From assembly GCA_946965045.2 (NCBI GenBank), contig OX337238.1, positions 1-64,000 of the forward strand: a stretch of 64,000 nt of DNA. The letters are read 5' to 3'. Below, piece by piece: positions 57,075-64,000 of this stretch. This DNA is from Epithemia pelagica. Lineage: Eukaryota; Protista; Bacillariophyta. Both the position numbers and the translations under genes were made by a program. Numbering within the stretch: position 1 is the first letter of the stretch; each line of letters starts with the position of its first letter. Under the pieces are notes generated by a model. That model had not been told where the DNA came from and ran no database searches. It saw only the letters and a program-made list of their open reading frames with translations.

Positions 57075-57791
57075 TTATTTGGGTCCACCAACTGCCTTGG
57101 TGCGGACTTGAAAGTGAATGGTCTCGGCATCGCAATCCTTATCCGTGGCACAGACAACGGCACAGGGCGAAATGGTATCATGACCATTGCCGCGATGCAT
57201 ATCATCGACCAAACAGGCGCGAGAGGAATCGGGCACGTGCACGACCAAATTTTCACAGGCTGGTCCATCGTCGCCATTGGCACACCGGACATGACCCTTG
57301 TACCCGACAATGTGAATGACCATAAAATCATTCTTATTGTTGGATGACCCATGCACACAGGCATCTTGTCCATAACAGAGCAATTGGGCATCTGTTTCAA
57401 TGACCGCCTCGGCACAGGATCGATCAAAGCCGGCGCCACAGGAAATATCGTGCGCGGCAGAAATGCGAGCGCCTTGACAAGCGGCCAATTCCCAACAGGC
57501 GACCCCGCCATGATCCGTCAAGGTCGCTTGTTCGCACGAGGCCGGACCGGTACAATACAAGGCATCACAGCCGACAATCTTCCAGCCTTGACAAGCGCGG
57601 GTCGATAAACATTCCAAAATGTCCCGTTGTCGATCGTAGGCAATGCCGCGTGGTAAATTCACGGCTGTCAAGGCCACGCGATTGCCCTTGTCGTCGTGCA
57701 CCGAACACAAGGCTTTCACGGTCGTTGTCCTTGTCGACCAAAAGAAGACGGAATAAGAATAATAGAAAGAGAGGATCCATGGAATCTTCAT
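57075..57791 (-). CDS. 18-Cys repeat protein, paralog 5 (238 aa, minimal form)
   Basis: MKIPWILSF..VKA|LC; 18 Cys; shortest loops; inverted relative to paralogs 1-4. Confidence 0.85.
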   Translation of the reverse strand: MKIPWILSFYYSYSVFFWSTRTTTVKALCSVHDDKGNRVALTAVNLPRGIAYDRQRDILECLSTRACQGWKIVGCDALYCTGPASCEQATLTDHGGVACWELAACQGARISAAHDISCGAGFDRSCAEAVIETDAQLLCYGQDACVHGSSNNKNDFMVIHIVGYKGHVRCANGDDGPACENLVVHVPDSSRACLVDDMHRGNGHDTISPCAVVCATDKDCDAETIHFQVRTKAVGGPK

Positions 57792-58605
57792 GCTGGTTCT
57801 GTTTGTCTGCTTGCTTGTTTCTCTCGGGGCTTGCCTTTTTGCTTTCGCTTCTTTTAACGAATACCTAATATAGAATGGATTCTTTTGATCGATCTTCCTA
57901 TCACAGCAATAGCCGCAAAGCCTTTGGACACAACCACACACAATCACACACACAGAATGTCCAAACTCCAAACGCCAACGAAACAGAATCTTTGAGGATC
58001 TCTGTGGTGGCTTTTTCGGATTCGGGTTCTTGTTTGGGTGAGTTTGTTGTGGTTGTGGATTGTGGATGTGTTGATGGCGCGTGTCTGGGTGTGTGGAGTT
58101 TGAAGTACCCAAGCCTGCAAAGATGTCATGGATAGCGAGGATAAGTCGCGCTTATTCCTCATGGAAGAGCTACTCGAATATAGGTAGAGGGTAGCAACAA
58201 GCAAAATGACTATATAGGTGTAGCAAAAACTGGAGTACTCCTATTAGTAGAAGCAAACAACGGATCTATGGTGTATCCGTTGATGAATTGAAACAAGAAT
58301 CATGTCTCCCCTGTAGTAGATCCACATCAAACCAACGGCTTTGGAGATGATGGACTTTTGCACCTCTACTAAGCTGAGGAACGTGGAAACGGCCCGTCTC
58401 TACTATAGTCCTTCCGACAATGGAGAATTGTGTCCCATTGCTTAAAACTACTCCTACTTCTAGGATATAGCAACCAAAGGAGGAGTGGATCGAAACACTC
58501 CATGTTACACGTGGAAGGACACACTTGGTGGGTGGGTGTTTCTCCGAGGTAATAGACCACAGAGAATGGACCACCTCTATTACTAGAGGTAGCTCGAGAG
58601 TCAAC

Positions 58606-61467
58606 CTATGAATCTCTAGAGGGTGGTTGGTTGGGAGGAAGAGGAGGTTGTTTCTTGGTTTCGTTCCCGACAACTGGTAGTGGTGATGGATCGTCTTTCT
58701 TCTTCTTCTTCTTCTTGTCGTCGTGAGAGCTCGCCGTCGTTGCTGTGGTGCTGCTGGTTGGCGACGCGGCGGCTTGGTGGTCCACCACGCAAGATGGTTC
58801 GCCAGTAGTAGTAGTAGTGGCCAAACCTGCAGTTGTGGCAAGTGATGGTGGTGCCGACGACTGAGCTTGTGGCTGCTGTGCTTGCTGCTGCTGCTGAAGC
58901 ATGCATGGTTGGAGCAACAATTGCAAAATCAAGGGACTAATCAACGAGGCCGTCGTCGTCGCCGAGGACGACGACAAGGCTCCTCCTGGCACCAAAGGAG
59001 GAGGAGAAGGAGGAATAGGATGGGACGGTGTGGTACTGGTCGTGCCGATACTACTTGGCCTGGGCGGATGCTGCTGGGTCCATCCCGTCCCAGTGCTGGT
59101 TGCAGCAGCAGTACGAGAGGAGGGCGGAGCCGTATTCGTAGTGGAAGCGGCCGCAGCGGTCTCCAGCAACTGCAAACTGGTCGAAATACTCTCCAATTGT
59201 TGTTGCTGCTGCTGTTGTTGCTGTTGCTGTTGTGAGTCTGACAATGGCGGTTCTTGTGGTGTGGGTCTTGGTGTTGGTTGTGAGGACGAGGTAACTCCTG
59301 CTCCCGACAAGGAGGGCCATGCCGAGAATGGGTTGCTGCTGTGAAGATTGGTGTTCACTTGTTGTGACTGTGATTGTGGTATAGCGATTGGGGCTGCGGC
59401 CGTTATGGTATTAGAGGTAGAGGAGGAAGCGGCGAATGGCAAGGCTGCTGGATTCGTGCCGTCTTGTGGTGGTAAAGTTTGTGGTGGTGTGGTGGCAAAC
59501 GTACTCGTGCTGGTCAGACTGCTAGGAGGAGGAACAAAGGAGCGCAAAATCAAGAGAATGGTCTCGAGGGAACTCAATAGTTGTGCAGCAGCATGGTGGG
59601 ATTCTTGAGTGGAAGTAGTGAGGGACGGGGCGGTCGATGTGGTTGTTGGGTTGGAGATCATGGAGCCTCTATTACTATCAACAGTGTTGGGAGGTGCAGT
59701 AACTGTGGAAGGAAGAATACTCGGAGCTGATGGGTTGGTGTGTGTAGTGGACGGGGAAGAAAAGGCTGTGGAAGCAATGGTAGCAGGAGACGGGAGTGTG
59801 CTGGTCGGGAAGACTGCTGGTGGTGGTGGTTGCGGAAGGAGCGGAGCCTGCATTCCCACAGCAGGGGCCGTTGTTGTTATTGGATTCGTTGGATTGGTCG
59901 TTGGGAAGAGGAGATTCCAGAATGGAGAGGACATGGACGTTGTTGCTGGTGACGTCGTGGTACTGGTATTAGTCGAAGCTCCTGTCACGGCTGCTCTCCA
60001 AAACGCAGGGTCCGAAGGCGGCGGAAACGTCGGAAGAACCTCTTGTTGCAGAGTGGCCATGGGTGCGGCCACACCTGAAGAGCTACCCAGTAGCGCTGAT
60101 GCAGTACTACTACCCGGATCAGCCGTCAGGATGGCATCCTCTCGAGTCGTACTACCGGTAGTTGGGTTTGCCGGAGGTGGCAATAGCAATCCTAACAAGG
60201 ACTGCATGGCGGCCAGTGTTTCCGGTTGCATCGTCGACAAGGCAGAGGACGAAGAAGAAGAGGGCGGTTCTTGTACTGGTGCAGTGCTGACGGCAGCAGT
60301 CCCAGCCGGGTGTTGACTCATGACTGCTGGTGGAAGAACTTGGGGTGCTGATGAAGATTGTTGAAGTGTCGAAGTGACAGCCTGCTGTAATTGCTGTCTG
60401 GTCTGTATCGGTGATGCTGAAGGAGGACCTACCAAGGCATTGCTTGCTTGGGATGATTCCTTAGGTGTGGACGGCTCGATTGGTCCCTGTTCCTCTTGCG
60501 GTGATTGTAACGACTCTTGGACCAGACTTTGCTTGAAGAGATCGAGCATTTGAACTTTTTGTTTGAGAAACATGAACGTCACCAGCAGGGGGTTCTGTTG
60601 CTGATCTGGGTTACTAGCTGCAGGAGTAGCTGCAGCAGTCGCCAGAGTAGCTGAAGCCGTACCAGGAGCCACTGGTGGTACACTGGGTGTCGAAGACGAC
60701 GATGAGGAGGATTGTGGAGGGTTCCACTGTTCCAAAAGTTGAGACGGTTGCACCGATGCCATGCAGGTTAAAAGGGCGGCACGCAGAAGCTCAATAACAT
60801 TGAGTTTGGTGGCCAAACTGAGAGCAGGTGGCCGAGTAGTCGCACTGGCCAATGGCGGTCGTCCTTGCCGGGCAGCAGCAGTCGCAGCGGATTGCTCCTC
60901 TTGTTCTTGTCTCAGAGAAGCCAAGAGTGTGTTCAATGCTGCCTCAAGTCGTTCCAAACGATCATTGTCAATTAACAATATCGAATTAAGTTTATCATAA
61001 AGTTCCAGTTGCTCATTCAAGGCTTCGACTTGCTCCCGTTCGCGTTGCCGCGTACGACGAGCACTGATGCGATTAATCGCACGTTTGCGTTCGCGCTGGG
61101 CTTGCGTCATTTGTCGCACCACAAAGCCATTGCGAGAAAACCGACGATCACGCAAATGCCGTTTCAAGGCTTCCTCTCGTTTGTCTTCCGAGCCATCCTT
61201 TTCCTCTAGGTCCTGTTGTGGTTGTTGTGGTTCTCGTGAAGCTGACGATGACTGTGGTTGTGTCATTGTGGCACTGTCTACTACTTCCATCTCGGCTTCT
61301 TCTCCAGCAATGTTGGTCTCATCCTCATCAGCTTCATCATCTGCTTCGGCTCCCTTGTCCTCATCATCGTCCTTTTCGTCATTGTGAAAGTGGACCGACC
61401 TACGGCTGCTCGGCTTGCCATCGTCGTCGCTTTTTCGTTTTCGTCGTCGACCTCCTGGCTCGTTCAT
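58606..61467 (-). CDS. bZIP transcription factor with long S/T/P/Q-rich disordered C-terminus (about 953 aa)
   Basis: QRERKRAINRISARRTRQRE (N-x7-R basic region) followed by Leu heptads VEALNEQLELYDKLNSILL; basic clusters at both ends. Confidence 0.8.
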   Translation of the reverse strand: MNEPGGRRRKRKSDDDGKPSSRRSVHFHNDEKDDDEDKGAEADDEADEDETNIAGEEAEMEVVDSATMTQPQSSSASREPQQPQQDLEEKDGSEDKREEALKRHLRDRRFSRNGFVVRQMTQAQRERKRAINRISARRTRQREREQVEALNEQLELYDKLNSILLIDNDRLERLEAALNTLLASLRQEQEEQSAATAAARQGRPPLASATTRPPALSLATKLNVIELLRAALLTCMASVQPSQLLEQWNPPQSSSSSSSTPSVPPVAPGTASATLATAAATPAASNPDQQQNPLLVTFMFLKQKVQMLDLFKQSLVQESLQSPQEEQGPIEPSTPKESSQASNALVGPPSASPIQTRQQLQQAVTSTLQQSSSAPQVLPPAVMSQHPAGTAAVSTAPVQEPPSSSSSSALSTMQPETLAAMQSLLGLLLPPPANPTTGSTTREDAILTADPGSSTASALLGSSSGVAAPMATLQQEVLPTFPPPSDPAFWRAAVTGASTNTSTTTSPATTSMSSPFWNLLFPTTNPTNPITTTAPAVGMQAPLLPQPPPPAVFPTSTLPSPATIASTAFSSPSTTHTNPSAPSILPSTVTAPPNTVDSNRGSMISNPTTTSTAPSLTTSTQESHHAAAQLLSSLETILLILRSFVPPPSSLTSTSTFATTPPQTLPPQDGTNPAALPFAASSSTSNTITAAAPIAIPQSQSQQVNTNLHSSNPFSAWPSLSGAGVTSSSQPTPRPTPQEPPLSDSQQQQQQQQQQQQLESISTSLQLLETAAAASTTNTAPPSSRTAAATSTGTGWTQQHPPRPSSIGTTSTTPSHPIPPSPPPLVPGGALSSSSATTTASLISPLILQLLLQPCMLQQQQQAQQPQAQSSAPPSLATTAGLATTTTTGEPSCVVDHQAAASPTSSTTATTASSHDDKKKKKKKDDPSPLPVVGNETKKQPPLPPNQPPSRDS

Positions 61468-62475
61468 GGTGCAAAATTGCCCTGGATAGGTGCTTTTAGT
61501 TTTGCTGTTCGGACTTTGGACCCTACTACCCACTTATTTGATTCTGTTCAGGGTTCAGGACCCCGTCATCATCGCCACCAAAGTTGACTCTTCGAATCCT
61601 TTGTGAGTCAGAATGCGTTCCATTTCCCAGTCACGCTTGAAGCGGGAGTGATACTCGGAAGAAAAATATTCTTCTGGAGGATTCCTGAGGAGTCGAGAAG
61701 ATCCTAATTTTTCATTTAGTTGAAGTTTTGGAATGCGTAGTGCACTTCCGAATTCCGAATGACGCACAGAAGGTCCTGGTGACACACGCAGAACAGCCCT
61801 CTTGTTGTGCACCCTCTGCATTGGATATAAACTGGAAACGGCAATCGGTCCGGGTCACATTCATGAACCTACGCACAAGGAAACCAAAGTACGTTGATCT
61901 CTCTGTGGTCTCAGTTGTTTCTGGGTTCTCCCCTGTTTCGGACAGCTACACAATATAGACACATCGCCGACTGACAAACGCCACAGTCTCGCAATTCGCA
62001 ATGACTGTGCGAGACAGGAAGAACTGAGAACTTATTGTTTGTGGCGATATGTCTGCAAGAACACGAAGGAGAGAGACGCAAAACATCGAGGGACCAGAAA
62101 AAGAGAAAGGGGTAGGTGGTTTCAAGTTCCTTTTTAGGTAGTTGATCTCGATCAACGTGCGTTCTTGTATTTGGTTCTTTTACTCGCGTGCTTGCATTTG
62201 GTTCTTTCTGTTTCGCGTCCTTGAAACACTCAGTGTGGACGAAAGTCTAGATCCGTTTCGAGTCATCCACCGACGCACTACAAAGAGATGAATCATGTAT
62301 GTATAGGTAGTCACTGAACTGTTCCAGTGGGTACCATCGTTCTCACCATGCGCAATTCTTTCTGTTTGGGGTAGACTTGTTAGGTCTACCTAGTAGGAGT
62401 AAATGGGTAGACTATGATTTGCGCTTTGCTCTCTGTTGATAATCAATCGTTTCATTCTAAACCAAATCAATCTCT

Positions 62476-64000
62476 CTATCGACCATCATCATCATCATCA
62501 TGAAACTGCCCAAACCACGTCAAATCTTGTGCCGTTCCTGCTCTTGGTGTTTGGACGACGATACGTCCAAATCCACGGGGTTGTTCGTCCTTTTGAATCA
62601 TGGCAAAGTGTGGAAAGAACTGAGCAAATAGTTGCTCCACCACTTTGGACGACGACAGCGCGGTACTACTACTGCTGCTGCTGCTGCTGGACTCTTGTTG
62701 GACATGTTCCAGATGAACATGAAGATTGATATCCATATGACTGCGTCCATCCCACGTAACAATTACGTGACCACCCGCAAAGTCTGCAGTCACGAGACAC
62801 CCATTCCCAATTTCTGCTGTATCTGTGGTTGTTTCCCTGGTGTCGTTGTGTTTGGTGCTTTCCAACACTTGATCCATGAACTGCTCGATATCCGAACATG
62901 ACACGCCGGGTGTTTGTGGACCCTTGCTCTCGTCGTCTTCTTGTAGAGATGATGATGATGATGATGATGATCCCTTGCGACCCACAATGTCACGTCGCGG
63001 AACCACCAAAATAGAGCTATCAAAGCAACGAACCTTGTACAGTCCATCCGACCGACTGGCGTCTTGAATGTAGCCTTGCACCCATGTGACTTCTCCAGTC
63101 TCCTCCGGTTCATTGTCGTTGTCGTCGTCATGGTCCGAATCTCGAACAATCACCTGCTCTCCATACGTGAGCGGTGCAGCAGAAGATGTCGTCGTGTCGT
63201 CCGCGAGTAACAGTTGTGAGCGAGACACGGTATGCCTGGAGACTCCACGATTGCGTTTGCGCATCACATGATATTTGTCAGTCGTCTCGTCCGATGGTTG
63301 TTCCAGCACAGTACCCAGAAACCATGTCCCATCCCAGGGATGGACATGGTCATTCACAAAAACTTGGGTTCCTACGGCAATCGTTCCTCCAGACGTTTGT
63401 TGCCATTCGTATTGCCATATTGTTTGCTGTGCGACACCCTTTTGGCTGAGCCATTGAGCACGACCGGCATCCACGTTGTAGTCCAGATCGGTAACCGTTT
63501 TCCGTTGATCAAAATTCGGTACATGCTGTTGAAGACCCACCTTGCTGAGTGCAAGATGAGGGACTAAACCCGGGTTGGCTTCTTGAATGGATGAAAACAC
63601 TTGATTCAAATGCTTGTAAAAGTGCTCGTCTCCCACGGATAGTAGGCCCACCTTCATCTCCGAAGCACCATGATGACTCGTGGTGTCATGAGTTTGTCGT
63701 ACCACCACGTGAGCATCCACAACGGGGTTGAAGGATACCAAGTCGGATCGGATTCGGTCCAGTAAGGCACGGCGCCATGACGACGACGTTGCCGGGGACC
63801 TTGGCATGGGCACAACCACCATCCAGTTCGGATTGGTAATCGACATGCCTCGCCATTGCACACTGTGAAGCATGATGCGATACAACACTTGTCCCATAGC
63901 ACGGGGCACAGCCGGATCAATGACAATGGCATGCAATCCCTGGGACTGCCAGAAGACTTGTTCTTGGAGCGTTGTGCGTAACTTCCGCTCACAAACAAGT
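62476..64000 (-). CDS. 3' part of a diatom aminopropyltransferase/AdoMetDC-like fusion with two Tudor-like domains (runs off the window)
   Basis: Frame is open to 64000 (LVCERKLRTTLQ..HAIVIDPAVP..MGQV). C-terminal GCLVTADFAGGHVIVTWDGRSHMDINL..DEQPRGFGRIV. Tudor-like AVGTQVFV..WFLGTV..YHV and YGEQVIV..WVQGYI..YKV. Confidence 0.65.
   Translation of the reverse strand, partial: LVCERKLRTTLQEQVFWQSQGLHAIVIDPAVPRAMGQVLYRIMLHSVQWRGMSITNPNWMVVVPMPRSPATSSSWRRALLDRIRSDLVSFNPVVDAHVVVRQTHDTTSHHGASEMKVGLLSVGDEHFYKHLNQVFSSIQEANPGLVPHLALSKVGLQQHVPNFDQRKTVTDLDYNVDAGRAQWLSQKGVAQQTIWQYEWQQTSGGTIAVGTQVFVNDHVHPWDGTWFLGTVLEQPSDETTDKYHVMRKRNRGVSRHTVSRSQLLLADDTTTSSAAPLTYGEQVIVRDSDHDDDNDNEPEETGEVTWVQGYIQDASRSDGLYKVRCFDSSILVVPRRDIVGRKGSSSSSSSSLQEDDESKGPQTPGVSCSDIEQFMDQVLESTKHNDTRETTTDTAEIGNGCLVTADFAGGHVIVTWDGRSHMDINLHVHLEHVQQESSSSSSSSSTALSSSKVVEQLFAQFFPHFAMIQKDEQPRGFGRIVVQTPRAGTAQDLTWFGQFHDDDDDGR

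Noticed and set aside
48045-57791. Antifreeze function for the 18-Cys family
   Set aside because: The Cys spacing resembles insect AFPs, but there is no regular TxT ice-binding array and the repeat period is longer.
33443-61533. Numerous 60-300 aa ORFs overlapping the long genes on other frames or strands
   Set aside because: Shadow ORFs of low-complexity coding sequence with no recognisable motifs.
1-64000. rRNA, tRNA and LTR retrotransposons
   Set aside because: None recognised by eye; tRNAscan-SE, Infernal and an LTR finder would be needed to exclude them.

Overview
Left end of a eukaryotic chromosome: about 92 CCCTAA telomeric repeats (1-557) followed by a rearranged subtelomere and then ordinary genes. 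The organism is probably a diatom. This is an inference from the TTAGGG telomere, short GT-AG introns, a diatom-type PDAT and a long-chain-polyamine-type fusion gene. 0.7-7.9 kb: an apparently intact two-gene DNA transposon. A spliced RAG1/Transib/CMC-like DDE transposase (about 1250 aa) lies tail-to-tail with a BAH-like-domain partner gene, and the element is chained through CCC-TTA-GGG junctions to a 275-bp derivative. 9-14 kb: a metacaspase pseudogene, a single-domain PLD-type nuclease between two copies of a repeat, and decayed genes. 15-18 kb: PDAT. 18.5-34 kb: a kelch-only gene array inside a segmental duplication. One copy carries a 4,230-bp Chapaev/RAG1-like transposon with CAC termini and a 3-bp ATA TSD, and its empty site is visible in the other copy. 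The same region holds a 340-bp MITE, hollowed-out kelch relics with a miRNA-like hairpin complementary to the kelch mRNAs, and a 1.16-kb TIR element. 33-47 kb: RAB3GAP1, a PP4R1-like pseudogene and a core-1 beta-1,3-galactosyltransferase. 48-58 kb: five paralogous, probably secreted proteins with 18 invariant cysteines. 58.6-64 kb: a bZIP factor and the 3' part of an aminopropyltransferase/AdoMetDC-like/Tudor fusion. All family assignments come from reading motifs by eye; no database search was run.
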